NCBI GenBank assembly: GCA_963742955.1 | Contig: CAVUOA010000011.1 | Coordinates: 3 to 64,002, forward strand | Source of the DNA: Ignavibacteriota bacterium | GTDB lineage: Bacteria > Bacteroidota > Ignavibacteria > Tepidaquicellales > OLB5 | Direction: 5' to 3' | Length of the DNA stretch: 64,000 bases | Translations under genes and position numbers: made by a program | In this document: one piece after another, positions 9,600-21,458 of the stretch | Layout of the letters: every line of letters starts with the position of its first letter | Numbering within the stretch: position 1 is the stretch's first letter | Notes under the pieces: model-generated | Database searches by the model: none | What the model was told of the DNA's origin: nothing | The model's input: only the letters and a program-made list of their open reading frames with translations

Positions 9600-10169
9600 T
9601 TATTTTTGAGGTTGGTAATGATTAATTACGATTCCGCAGTCATACTGAAATGAATCGATTAATTTTAATTTAAGTTTTCCTCTGATGGTTCCAAAGATTG
9701 TTTTACCTTGACCGATAGCAACAGGATTAATGAATAAATAATAGTCATCAATTAATCCTTCTTTAATAAGTGATGAAACAAACGAAGCGCCGCCGTAAAC
9801 AATTATATCTTTGCCCGGCATATTTTTAAGTTTATTGATTTCATCTTTAAGTTCACCGTTTGCAACTTCGGTATTAATCCATTCTGATTTTGTTACGGTT
9901 TTTGAAAACACAACTTTAGACGTTTCAATCATTTTTCTCCCGAATGCATATTCCGGGTTCTTCGGGTCTTTTACTGTTTCAGACCAGTATGCAATAAAAC
10001 CCGGTGTCATTTTTCTCCCCAGAATAATTGTATCGGATGAATCGGTCAAATCATTAACAATCATTGCAATCTTATCATCCCAATTGAAAGACATCCAGTC
10101 AAGCTCATCATTCGGACCGCAGACAAACCCGTCTGCGGTCATTTGTACCTGTAATTTAAGTTTTCTCAT
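9600..10169 (-). CDS. Dihydrofolate reductase-like protein (RibD C-terminal domain family), second paralogue
   Basis: Intact 189-aa ORF. MRKLKLQVQMTADGFVCGPNDELDWM...IILGRKM...IIVYGGASFVSSLI...LFINPVAIGQGKTIF. Confidence 0.85.
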   Translation of the reverse strand: MRKLKLQVQMTADGFVCGPNDELDWMSFNWDDKIAMIVNDLTDSSDTIILGRKMTPGFIAYWSETVKDPKNPEYAFGRKMIETSKVVFSKTVTKSEWINTEVANGELKDEINKLKNMPGKDIIVYGGASFVSSLIKEGLIDDYYLFINPVAIGQGKTIFGTIRGKLKLKLIDSFQYDCGIVINHYQPQK

Positions 10170-10188
10170 TATAATCCTTTAGTTAAAA

Positions 10189-10593
10189 TTAACTGTTTAT
10201 TGATTTTCTGTTATCGACTGACCATTTCCCGGCACCGAATACAATAAGAATAACGCAGGCACCAAGCACCATAAGTGGAAAATTCCACCCTGCCGAAGTT
10301 GGGGTTACAAATCCAATTCCGTAAACAAACTGCATAACAATTATAGCTCCAATCATTATAATCATAAGTCCTCCGGAAGCCAGTCTTGTAAGAAATCCGA
10401 TTAGAATGGCAGTTGCTCCAAGCGGTTCGGCAATAGAAAGCAGCCTTGTAACGAATAATAGGAATGCAGACATACCCGGCGTTTCCAATGACCAAAACGG
10501 GAATTTAAAATATGCTGCTACATAAAATATTGATGCGGTTATTATACGCAATATGAGTAAAGATATATTTTGAAATTTTGTGTATGTCTGCAT
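10189..10593 (-). CDS. DoxX-family membrane protein
   Basis: Intact 134-aa ORF with four hydrophobic helices. DoxX-like N-terminus ISLLILRIITASIFYVAAYFKF. Confidence 0.75.
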   Translation of the reverse strand: MQTYTKFQNISLLILRIITASIFYVAAYFKFPFWSLETPGMSAFLLFVTRLLSIAEPLGATAILIGFLTRLASGGLMIIMIGAIIVMQFVYGIGFVTPTSAGWNFPLMVLGACVILIVFGAGKWSVDNRKSINS

Positions 10594-10613
10594 TTGATTA
10601 AATGTTTATAATT

Positions 10614-11027
10614 TTACATTCCTTTAGGCTGAAGAATACCTATACGGTTGCCTTCGGTATCCTGAAAGGCAATATAGAGACCGACTCCGGGGATATCATC
10701 AGGTTCACCGGCTTTATTACCTCCGCCGATAATTTTGCCGCCTGCCTGCTCAACGCTTTTCAAAGAAGCGCGGATATCATCAACAGCAATTACAACAGTA
10801 GGATGTGAATGCTCTTTTGTTTTTTCGAAAAAGCCGCCGTTAATTGCACCGGGATTTTTAGGTCTGCCGTTAGAGTCAGGTTCGGTTGTTGTAACAACAA
10901 CATAGTTTCCCATTTCGGGGCCAAATTTCTGAGCGCTCCAGCCGAAAACTTTCGTGTAGAAATCAACCATACGGTCTTTGTTTTCTGCGGGCAATTCAAA
11001 ATGGACTACTGGATTCATTTTAGACAT
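10614..11027 (-). CDS. VOC (glyoxalase/bleomycin-resistance/dioxygenase) family protein
   Basis: Intact 137-aa ORF. VHFELPAENKDRMVDFYTKVFGW...IAVDDI...GGKIIGG...IAFQDTEGNRIGIL. Confidence 0.85.
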   Translation of the reverse strand: MSKMNPVVHFELPAENKDRMVDFYTKVFGWSAQKFGPEMGNYVVVTTTEPDSNGRPKNPGAINGGFFEKTKEHSHPTVVIAVDDIRASLKSVEQAGGKIIGGGNKAGEPDDIPGVGLYIAFQDTEGNRIGILQPKGM

Positions 11028-11069
11028 AGTAGTTTGATTTATATAGTTAATAAATAATAGTTAAAAATT

Positions 11070-11565
11070 TTATGCATTCTTTAATATATTAATATCGAGC
11101 TTTTTCATTTTAAGAAGTTCTGTCATAACTCTTTGTGACTTACCCGGTTCTTTACTTGACATTAATTTCCCGAGTTCGGTCGGAACAATCTGCCATGATA
11201 AGCCGAATTTATCTTTCAGCCAGCCGCACATTGATTCCTCTCCGCCTCCTGATGTAAGTCTATTCCAATAATAATCTACTTCTTCCTGCGTATCGCAGTT
11301 TACAATAAGTGATACCGATTCATTAAATTTGAATATTGGACCTCCGTTTAGTGCCATAAACTCTCTGCCTTCAATCTCAAAAGTTACAGTCAGCACTGAA
11401 CCTGCAGGCATTCCCGGAAGCTTTGGCGGAGTTTTCATCATATCGCGATGTGCCTCCGATTTTAGAATTTTTAAAAACAGATGTGTAAAATTTTACTGCT
11501 TCTTCTGCCTGAGTATCAAACCATAAGCAAGCTGAGATTTTCTGCATAAGATAATTTCCTTCCAT
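11070..11565 (-). CDS. PhnB-like VOC protein (3-demethylubiquinone-9 3-methyltransferase-domain family), one frameshift near 11420
   Basis: [25 protein letters not shown] (11377-11565), then [22 protein letters not shown]...[39 protein letters not shown] (11070-11441). Confidence 0.8.
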
Positions 11566-11594
11566 ATAATTATTTTATATTCTTTATTTCGTTT

Positions 11595-12002
11595 TTAACC
11601 AAGTTTTACCATACAAATCATATCAGTATCGTTCAAGTAATCTTCAAGACAGTACCCGTTCATATCAATCCGCGGGTCAGCCAGCAATTTCCTGAAGGTA
11701 CTGCCAATTATACCTTCGTCATTTCTCCAGTTACGCAGAGTTTCACATATATAATCTCCTTTTCTGATAACGAAAACATCACATCCTAATTTTACTGCTT
11801 CGCCGGGATAAGTTTCTTCAGCCGCAGCTTTGTATATAATTTCTCCCGTAGAGCTTTGATGGGAAATTCCGTAAATTTTTCTTTCACCATTTTTATCAAT
11901 GAGAGAATGCAGTTTTTTATGGGCTTCCCCCACACCTGAGGGAAATGAATCTGCTTTAATATAGAAAACTCTAATGTCGTCTTTAAGGTTCTGAATTTCC
12001 AT
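11595..12002 (-). CDS. GyrI-like small-molecule (effector) binding domain protein
   Basis: Intact 135-aa ORF. The pattern FYIKADSFPSGVGEAHKKLHSL...YGISH is typical of SOUL/GyrI-like effector-binding proteins. This is a family-level call only. Confidence 0.55.
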   Translation of the reverse strand: MEIQNLKDDIRVFYIKADSFPSGVGEAHKKLHSLIDKNGERKIYGISHQSSTGEIIYKAAAEETYPGEAVKLGCDVFVIRKGDYICETLRNWRNDEGIIGSTFRKLLADPRIDMNGYCLEDYLNDTDMICMVKLG

Positions 12003-12146
12003 TATATTGAAATTTTAATTATTTACTAATTTTTCACTGTCGCAAAAGTACCTTACAAACATAGTGTCATTTTACCCATTGCACAATTGGTAAATACGAC
12101 AATCTTACGGGTTGATTACGACAAAGTTAAAATGTAACTTTGTACC

Positions 12147-13128
12147 ATGAAAACAATAACAATTTTAGCTCCCGAAGGAGCGGTTCTTTCAAGCATAGCA
12201 GACCCGCGTTACATGTTTACGGCTGTAAATGACCTTTTAAAAAGCTCGGGCAAAAAGCCTATGTTTAAAGTACAGATTGCTGGACTTACAAATGAGATTA
12301 AGCTCAATGACGGATTGTTTACAATTAATCCGGACATACTTATTGATGTTGCTGATAAAACAGACCTTATTATAATACCTGCTCTAAGCGGTGAAATGGA
12401 AAACGCAATTGAAATCAATAAAGATTTTATCCCATGGATTGTTGAACAGTATAAAAACGGCTCAGAAGTTGCCAGCCTTTGTATAGGGGCATTCCTTTTG
12501 GCAGCAACGGGACTGCTTAAAGGTAAACAATGCTCAACTCACTGGCTTTATGCCAACCAGTTCAGAAATATGTTTCCCGATATTATGCTTGTTGACGATA
12601 AAGTAGTTACCGAACAAAACGGGCTGTTTACAAGCGGCGGAGCCACTACCCTGTGGAACCTGCTTTTATACCTTGTTGAAAAATACACGGATAGAGAAAC
12701 TGCAATTTTGGCAACAAAATTTTTTCTGCTTGATATCGGACGCAGAAGCCAGTCATCATTTTCGATATTCCGCGGTCAAAAAGACCATGACGATGAAACC
12801 GTAAAACAGGCACAGGAATACATAGAGTTAAATTTTCATGATAAAATAACCGTAGATAAACTGTGTGACTATGTACGGCGTAGGACGCAGAACTTTTGAA
12901 CGCAGATTCAAGAAAGCCACATCAAACACAATTGTTGAATATATTCAGAGAGTAAAAATAGAAGCTGCAAAAAAACAGCTTGAAACAGGCAGAAAAACAA
13001 TAAACGAAGTAATGTACGAAACCGGGTACACCGACTCAAAGGCTTTCCGCGAAGTATTTAAGAAAGTTGCAGGTATGTCACCGATAGATTACCGCAATAA
13101 ATATAACAAAGAACCGGCTGTTTTATAA
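12147..13128 (+). CDS. GlxA-type transcriptional regulator (DJ-1/PfpI domain + AraC HTH), one frameshift near 12880
   Basis: DJ-1/PfpI-like N-terminal domain (SLCIGAFLLAATGLLKGKQCSTHW) in 12147-12899. AraC HTH tail (FERRFKKATSNTIVEYIQRVKIEAAKKQL...GYTDSKAFREVFKKVAGMSPIDYR) in 12865-13128. Confidence 0.85.
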
Positions 13129-13282
13129 TTAAAGGTTTTTCACAAATTCTGCAATCCTGTTACAGTTTACCTTATCTCTTCACCAGTCATGAAATTTTTA
13201 CTGCGTATTTCTATGTTCCGGCAGGTTCAATTACATTTCACTTTTTTAGGTGTAAAATTTCCACTAAATTAATCCTCACATC

Positions 13283-14019
13283 ATGGAGAGATTAACAAAG
13301 GAACATTACGAAAATCATCTTGCCGTGATATTACTCATGGATGTTCGGTGATTTTGAAGCAAGACTGAATGAATCGGAGGAGTTTTTCAAAAATCATGTA
13401 TAATATACCCCAGGCGGAAACAGCATTGCAATTGATTTAGGCTGCGGCAGCGGGATGCAGTCCATTCCCCTTGCAAAGCTCGGATATAAGTGTTATGGCT
13501 GTCGATTTCAGCAGAAAACTGCTTGATGAGCTGAACTCAGAAAGAAAAAATCTGAATATACAAGCTATTGAAGCTGACATAATGGATTTTGAAAAATATT
13601 CCAAATTCAAATCCTGAGCTTATAGTTTGCATGGGTGATACTTTGACTCATTTAAATTCATTAAATGATGTGAATAAACTGATTGAGAATTGCAGAAAAA
13701 TATTATCTCCGAGATGGTAAATTTATTATTTCATACAGAGATTTAAGCGAAGAGCTTATAGAGTGAAAGCAGATTCATTCCCGTTAGAAGCACTGATGAT
13801 ACAATTTTCACTTGTTTCCTTGAATATGAAAAAGAATACGTGACGGTTCATGATATGATCAATGAAAATGAAACAAGAAAATGGAAGCAGAAAGTAAGTT
13901 CATATAAAAAACTGAAACTCCACGTCATACTGTTAATTCAGATGCTTGAGGATAGCGGATTCAAAATAGATTTCACTGAGAATTTAAATGGATTTATATA
14001 CATAATCTGTTCAAAGTAA
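13283..14019 (+). pseudogene. Class I SAM-dependent methyltransferase, heavily fragmented (at least 5 frame breaks, no ORF of 60 aa or more)
   Basis: Readable across frames: AIDLGCGSGMQSIPLAKLGYK / VMAVDFSRKLLDELN...IEADIMDF / ELIVCMGDTLTHL / DGKFIISYRDL / ...GFKIDFTENLNGFIYIICSK*. Confidence 0.65.
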
Positions 14020-14025
14020 AAATTT

Positions 14026-14717
14026 ATGAAGCAGGAACATACAGAAAAGCATTTTACATCGAGTGACGTTGTAAGAGATATCGTTATTGGCATGTCAGAC
14101 GGGTTTACAGTGCCTTTTGCGTTGCGGCGGGACTCTCCGGTGCGGTTGACAGCACAAACATCATAGTGATTGCCGGTATTGCTGAAATTGCAGCCGGCTC
14201 GATTGCAATGGGACTCGGGGGCTACCTTGCTGCTAAAAGCGATGCTGAACATTACTACAGTGAGAAGAAACGGGAAGAAAAGGAAGTAGAAGAAGTACCC
14301 GACATTGAAGCAAAAGAAGTATCTGACATCCTTCAGGATTACGGTTTAACAGAAGACGAAAGCAAGCCGGTTGTTACTGCGTTGACCAAGCGAAAAAAAT
14401 CATGGATTGATTTCATGATGCGGTTTGAGCTCGGACTTGAAGAACCCAATCCCAAACGGGCACGCAACAGCGCTTTGACTATTGCCGCGTCTTACGTAGC
14501 TGGAGGGTTTATTCCGCTATCTCCTTATATATTTATTAACGTACCCCACTCGGCATTACTTATATCCGTAATTATAACTTTAGCTGCGCTTGCTATTTTC
14601 GGATTTATCAAAGGAAAGTTTATAGGAACAGTACCATTTAAAAACGCAATACAAACACTTGTTACTGGCGGACTTGCTGCAGGTGCAGCGTTTTTTATTG
14701 CAAAATTAATATCATAA
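14026..14717 (+). CDS. VIT1/CCC1-family iron/manganese transporter, one frameshift near 14125
   Basis: N-terminus MKQEHTEKHFTSSDVVRDIVIGMSDGFTVPFAL, then (shifted) AAGLSGAVDSTNIIVIAGIAEIAAGSIAMGLGGYLAAKSD, with an acidic loop and C-terminal TM helices. Confidence 0.85.
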
Positions 14718-14730
14718 CAAGAGGTGAAAT

Positions 14731-15374
14731 ATGAAATTCATTCGCAAAAACAGTCTTGCTGAAACTGTCGATTCAGTTAATGAAGCATTATTTTTCGGAA
14801 AAAAAATTTCCGAAAGAGAAAGAAAGAAACAGCCAGGTGGCTGGCATCCCAGTCAGGGAGTTAAAGGCTCCTACTGGGGAATGATTGCTCCAACCGGACA
14901 TGATTTTGAAACAGGGATAAAACTTTTACAGGGGAAACAATTACAACAGGAGCAGGAACATCACATATACTCGGTGAAGAAGCAAGCAGGGCAATAATTG
15001 CGCTTGGGGTAAAAGATAAAACTGTTTCGGAAGCAGTCAGTGAATCAAATAAAGGATTTGAAACAGCAATGAAACACTGGCTTTCTGCGGTAAGGATGAA
15101 GGGAAATACTGCTGCGGTCCATGTACAGCATCATACTGGCGTCACTTGGCTGCGGGAGGATTAAAAAACCAGAAAAAACGCCTTGATATGGGGATGAAGT
15201 ATCTTAGCAAGATGCGTGACGGCAAAGGAAAATGGAAGAAAATACCGTATTATTATACTTTGCTTGCATTGAGTGAAATAACATTCAACTTTGGCCGAAA
15301 AAGAGCTGAAATACACTGCTCCTGTATTAGAAAGATTTAAGGAGAGCTTCAAACGGAAGTATAGTACCAAATAA
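14731..15374 (+). pseudogene. Hypothetical protein, fragmented (at least 2 frame breaks)
   Basis: Pieces are 14731-14997, a shifted middle (..GAGTSHILGEEASRAIIALGVKDKTVSEAV..GKYCCGPCTASYWRHLAAGGL) and 15146-15340 (..KGKWKKIPYYYTLLALSEI). No family recognised. Confidence 0.4.
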
Positions 15375-15507
15375 GAAGGAAATTATTGGCAGAAAGAATT
15401 CTTAAGATAGTGTAAGATTAATTTTCTCCGTATAAATATTTTGTCACACTCCCCTCTTTCTTTTGTCTAACCAATATAGTCTGCATTTTAAATCAATTTA
15501 TTTAATC

Positions 15508-16028
15508 ATGAATTATTTTCTAAATATATTTATTGCATTTTTTTTGTTTGCATTATGCTCACATAACATACGCCCAGACAGATAAAGACAAAGAAGATGC
15601 TTAAGCAGGTTGATATTGATTTTTCATAACCTTTCGGCGGAAAAAGGAATGAATCATGGCTTTTTTAACATATGCTGATGACGATGCGTTTTATTAAAGA
15701 CCGGAAAGCTATCCCATACGAAGGAATTGCAAAAATAAGAGAAAGATACTCTAGCGATCGCTGATACTTCATTTGCACTGCTTATGGACACCATGTTATG
15801 CAGATATTGCAGCAATCATTGGACCTTGGTTACACATACGGCACATGGGAATTAAATAAAAAGACGATGAAGGAAACCCGCAGGTATCATATAGGGCACA
15901 TACGTAACAATATGGAAAAAGAGACAAAAACGGGGAATGGAAATTCGTTTTGATACAGGTAATTCCGGATTGGGAGAAATAAAAATTATTTGTATGAATT
16001 TATCTCTTTCAATAACCGGATTAACCTA
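15508..16028 (+). pseudogene. Secreted DUF4440/SnoaL-like (NTF2-fold) protein remnant, heavily fragmented
   Basis: Signal-like start MNYFLNIFIAFFLFALCS. Fragments FLTYADDDA.., ..TWELNKK.. and ..WKFVLDTGNS are typical of this fold family. No ORF of 60 aa or more. Confidence 0.35.
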
Positions 16029-16031
16029 AGA

Positions 16032-16070
16032 TAAAAAAAGAGATTCCATCCTTAAAAAGATGGAATCTCT
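16032..16070 (-). terminator. Rho-independent terminator downstream of the alpha-2-macroglobulin gene
   Basis: Minus-strand stem GAGATTCCATC-(8 nt)-GATGGAATCTC, followed by T7. Confidence 0.65.
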
Positions 16071-16137
16071 TTGTATACAATTTATTTATCGGTTTTCCAG
16101 CTGCTTCCGAAAATCGGAACGGGCGGGAATGACAATA

Positions 16138-19100
16138 TTAATCTTCTATTTCCAATCTTAATTCTTCGCTGGAGCCGCGGACTTCAGGATAATACATTAA
16201 CATACCGGTAGCGGGAATCACATTATATGTGCCGGGTATCTGCGCATGGAGTATGTAAGAGAATTCATAAGTATCACCCCAGAGATATGTTGCAAAGAAT
16301 GATACACGGTTATCTCTTATATCCTTATCGGCATACCACCATCTCCACCAATAGTAATCATACCCGCTGTAATCTTTTTCTTCATCGATTGTAAATGCCC
16401 AATCATCTTTAACCACTTCACATCCTGCAGGGATGGGGTCTTCGAGCATAAAGTACTGCATATTTTCTTCTTTCGAGCTAACTTTTACTTTTACAAGAAT
16501 TTCATCCCCTGATTTCACTTTCCCGTCGAAGTATCTCTTCTTATATACAATCTTGTTATCGGAATACCTTGTGTACTGCTCAAGCTTGAAATATTCTTTT
16601 TCAACCCTGAAGCCATCCTCACGCGGATGGATTTTCTCTTCATTTGTGTAATAAGAAAGCTGTGTTGAAACATATACTTTGCCGTTACCTGATTTTTCAA
16701 CCTTCAAATCATTTACGCCTGCTTTAAGCTTGCTTCCGTCTATTTCAATCGGGACCGTCTTGCTGAATACATCTTCTCTTGTCATTTTCTTTTCAAGATA
16801 AAGCTCATTGTTCACCCACACTTTTACGCTGTAATCGGGTTCAAGCTCTTTGGATTTCTTTAGGTAATCCACCATTGCATATACTATAAATGAAGTCTGC
16901 TGTGTGCTGTTCCATCCGCCGCCGTGGCGCTGCATTAAAAGCCAGCGTATTGCTTTGTTCAGAATCTCAGGATTCTGCGAAATGTAGCTTTGGTTGCTTA
17001 TAAGAGCCTTAATTGCCATTGCAGTTGTCTGAATCTTATCTTCCTGCCAGTTGTAGTGCCATGCTTCACCGCCCCAGTAAGCTCCGCTCTCACCGGCCGA
17101 TTGAACATCTTTCAGCAGCATATCGGCATATTTCTTCGCAGTTTGGTCATCGCCAATGTTTGTTGCCGTCATTGAAATCAACCCTATTGCGTAATCGTTT
17201 AATTTTTCTTTTTCCAATATCTTGAACTGTTCACTGAACAATTTTGCATCCTTTGTTTCGGCGAATGAAAGCGAGTATATCATATATGCGCGTGTTGTCA
17301 CATCAAGATTTTCACCGCCTGAATTAAGCTGTGATTTAAGCGAAGCTATTCCTTTGGTAAGAACATCCTGCTTAACATCGTAGCCTGCTGATTTAGCCAG
17401 GCTTAATCCGTAGATTACATATGAAGTCATGAACGGGTGCGACTCGTCAGTTTGTCCACCATCCCCAGCCTCCGTCATAGTGCTGCATCGAATACAGACG
17501 GTTAAATCCGGCTTCAACCATCTTCGGCAAATCTTTTTTGGTTGCATCACTGATTGGAGCGTTTAACTCTTTGAATGCATCTGCAACAATAACTGTCGGG
17601 AGGAAGCGGCTCATTGTCTGCTCTACACATCCGTAGGGATAACCCACAAGCTCATCCAGAGCTGTCAGCATTGTCGATGCAAGCGAAGGCTCAACGTTAA
17701 GCACAAGCTTTGTGCTTCGCATATCAGTATAATCCGGGATTTTAATTTCTTTAATTTCTGTTTTATTCTCGTCCGATATATCCGCAGAAATGTACTGCTC
17801 AAGCTTTAAGCCGTGCGGCTGAAGCGGGACTTTAAGCTCAACTGCATCGGATTCTTCATTGGTTAATGCTGTTGCAGTCAGCTTTGCAAATCCCATAGGC
17901 TCGGTTACTTTTATTTTCCAGTCGATTCTCTTTTCTTCATTCTTGCCCATTACAAAAGTTTTTTCCTGCGAATCACCCAATATTTCTAGATTTTCAACCT
18001 TCAGGCTGAGCTTAGTATTCTTATCGCTTTCAAGGTAGTTATGCACTATTGTTGAAATCGTAACTTCATCGCCCTGCTGGAAGAAACGCGGTGTTTCCAT
18101 CCTGACAAGCAAATCTTTGCGTGTAATAACCGTGTTCGTCATCTGCCCTACCTTTGTATCCTCGGTAATTACTCTTGATGTAATTCTCCATGTTGTCAGG
18201 TTATCCGGATATTTTACTCTCACATCGGCATAACCGTTAGCATCGGTCATAACTGAAGGTGACCAGTAAATAGCATCACGGAAATCACTTCTTAAATCTG
18301 CTGCAACAAAAGTTTCTAAACCTTCACCGTCTTTATCATCACCTTTTTTGTATGCTTCTTTGCGGTCAGCCAGCACACCATCCACTGATTTTGTTTTCTC
18401 TTCTAACTCACGTCCGCCTCTGAGTTCTATTCCGGATTCACTCGTCATTGGAGCCTGCATAATATTTCCCAATTCGTCACCAATCATTAATCCTTCTGAG
18501 TCTGCTTTTAATGTTATAGTTATGGTCTGACCTTTCTTAACATTAAGCTCCTGTTCACTTTCCTTAGTTTTCTTACCCTGCAGAACACTGATTTGGTATT
18601 CTCCCGCCGGCAGCTTGAATTCAAATTCACCTTCTGACCCAGTTGTGCAGGCAATATAATCACCGTCGATTACAATAGTTGCGTATTGAATGGGATTGCC
18701 CTTCTTATCCTTAAGAGTACCTTTTATAGTGCCAAGGTCACTTTCATTCGTATTCTTTACATTAAATCTCTCGTAAATTGTAATCAGGCGAGAATAGCCG
18801 TAATATGAATACGAACCGCTGTAATGCGCGCTGACTGAATTGAATTTAGGCGAGTAGAAAAATTTTCTTATATCTTTTGTGATATCAGGATGAATTGCAT
18901 AGATACTTTCATCGACTATACCCAGAGATACTTCAGCGTTCGATACGGGATTTCCGCTTTCATCGGTAACCCTCACATTAATTGTCCCGTCATCTTTGGG
19001 TTTATATGTGTTTTTATCAGTTCCGATTGATACCGTTAAGAATTTCGATTCAGGAATTACCATAACCGACCTGCTTCCCGAATAAAAGCTGCCGTTATCA

Positions 19101-21194
19101 ACGTAGGAAGCCGAGATGTAAAAATTAGGCGTGCAGTTGGCTTCAACAGGAATTTCAATCATTTTCGATGTACCGTCAATTTTTTCAACTTTATACGTTA
19201 ATATATTATCGTTTTGTGTGGTTATAAGCACACTTGCCCCGGGTTTTGTGGTTATTATTAAGGCTCTGCAGGTTTCACCGGGTTTATACGATTCTTTATC
19301 GGGAATAATCTGCACAGTTCCTGATTGATTATACCACCACCACATATCACCGTTGGATACATAGCAGTAAGAACTGGTTGTAACCTTTTTCCCTTTACTG
19401 TCGGCTGCGCTTACCATGATTTCGTAGTAACCTTCATCTTTTGCGTCAAAGGTTGCAACGCCCAGCCCGTCTTCTCTTGTTCTTCCTGAAAACGTTGTAA
19501 CAAAGCTTCTTTCCTGTTTGTAATCAGGATACTTGCCCCATGTAAGTTTATTAACGGTTCCGTCAAAGCTGGTCTCAACCGGCTTATCGGAAAAATTGTT
19601 CGAGCGGACGTTTACAGCAACTTTTTCGCCGGGTTTATACAAATATTTATCGGTATTTGCATTCAGATAAAATTGTGCGCGTGTAACGTAAACCGTTTTA
19701 GTTGATGAAATTTCCCTGCGCGATTTATCGGTTACTTTCGCCTGAATTATGTATATATAATCCGATTCATACGTTTGGTTATTATCGTAATACCACCAAT
19801 CGTAGTAATTATATTTCGCTTTAAAATCTTCATTGATTGCATAATTAAAATCAAATCTTCCGTTTTTATCCAGCTCGCCCGTGCCGCTGTATATAAAATC
19901 AGCATTGCTGTACTTCTGGTTATTATCCATGTTAGCGTAATATTCTTCATACCACCATCTGTATTCTGAAAAATACCACCACGGCTTATAGAAAGTCTTT
20001 TTGTAAACGTTGTATTCTACTTTAGCCTCCTGTACGGGGCTTCCGAAATAATAGTCAGCCTGCACAACTCCCGCAATATTATCACCGTTAGTATACTGGT
20101 CTTTATCAACAGTTATATCTACTTTATATTCAGGTTTCTTATATTCTTCTACAGTGAAATTTCCGGTGTAGTTTTGGTTTTCTCCTATTGCGGCATATAT
20201 GTAATAATTTCCCAACGGAGCATTATTATCTATAGCATATTCGCCGTCGAAGCTTCCGTTTGAGTTTGTTTTTAAAACCTGTTTGTAAACTTCTGCACCG
20301 CGTGAATCTTTGATTGAAACAGTAACATCTTTAGAAGGGAAATTTTCATACCCCCCGCCCCATGCTTTTCTTATTGTTCCTTTGAAATCAACCGTTGCTT
20401 TCGGACGGTAAACAGGCTGGTTAGTATATATGTAAACACTGTAAAGGTCCGAACCGTAGCCAAAGTATAGATACGGGTCGGATACAACTATATCATCACC
20501 CATTTTTCCGATTACAAGCGGGTAAGAAATATTATTGGCTGCAGCAAACTCCCTGTCAGATTCTTCCACGCTCTTGTAAGAATAGACCGTTTGAAGTTGT
20601 ACCTATACCCATTTTTCTTGTACCCATAAAGAAACTCAGGTCAATACCTGAAACAGGCTCACCCGTTTTCCTATCTACGGTATACGCAAGAATTGCATTA
20701 GCGGATGCTTCGGTAATCATTCCGATATCGGTTACGAAAAATCCTGCATATGCAACTTTATTCTTATAAGAAACTCTTACAAGAAAAGCTCCTTTTTGTT
20801 TCGGCTTATATGTGATAGTCTCATAGGAATAATAGTAACCATAATCACCTTCGGTTTTCAGCCGCTTTGTAAAGCTGTCTACTTCATCGCAGAGTGAAAG
20901 CAGGTTTGTGCTGTCTTTGCTTAAAACATCGATTGAATATGTGGAGGTCTGCCGTGAGAAGAATGCTTCGACGTCTTTTATTTTGTAAATCATAAATTCA
21001 AACTCGGCACGCTTCGGAACGCTGTATGCGCTGACGGTCATACTAACATCCTGGTTGGAGCCGTAATAATTGTTTGTATAAATATTGAAGCTGGCGTTCA
21101 TATCAAGCGCATCGTTTATGTTCTGCGCCTGAAGCGAAAGCACGCTTAAAATCACTGCAAATACTGCACTTACTGCTGAAATTCTTGTTACCAT
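16138..21194 (-). CDS. Bacterial alpha-2-macroglobulin family protein (about 1,685 aa) with an intact thioester motif; two frameshifts (about 20565 and about 17500) as assembled
   Basis: Signal peptide MVTRISAVSAVFAVILSVLSLQA. Repeated MG-type beta-sandwich segments. GCVEQ thioester at 17618-17632. RSDFRDAIYW after a charged bait-like stretch. C-terminal receptor-binding-like domain. ORFs 20556-21194, 17447-20569 and 16138-17550. Confidence 0.9.
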
Positions 21195-21458
21195 TGCTAT
21201 TACTCCTTAAGTGTGGATTAAAATTCGATTCTTTACATGTTTATATCAAAATTAGTGAAAATTGTTCCCACATATAATGAAAATAGTTAACTTAATTTAC
21301 ATGTACGAATAATTTTACTGAATTTTTGGCATTTAATAGTTAAATTGAAGGTTAAATACAAATAGTATTAAGTTATTGCTTCTTCAGAATTCTCCTGATT
21401 ATAAACAATCATTTTGCCATTACTTTGCAATATCTTAATGATAAATAGAAAGAAATAA

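Noticed and set aside
10211-10495. Alternative same-strand ORF overlapping the DoxX gene.
   Set aside because: It is out of frame with a gene whose translation shows a coherent four-helix membrane pattern. The alternative translation is Cys/Arg/Tyr-rich nonsense.
21232-21304. Direct repeat TTTACATGT (21232-21240 and 21296-21304) in the A2M/GalT-like divergent promoter region, as a possible regulator site.
   Set aside because: Two copies of a 9-mer in about 260 nt of very AT-rich DNA are not clearly beyond chance, and there is no supporting dyad symmetry beyond ACATGT.
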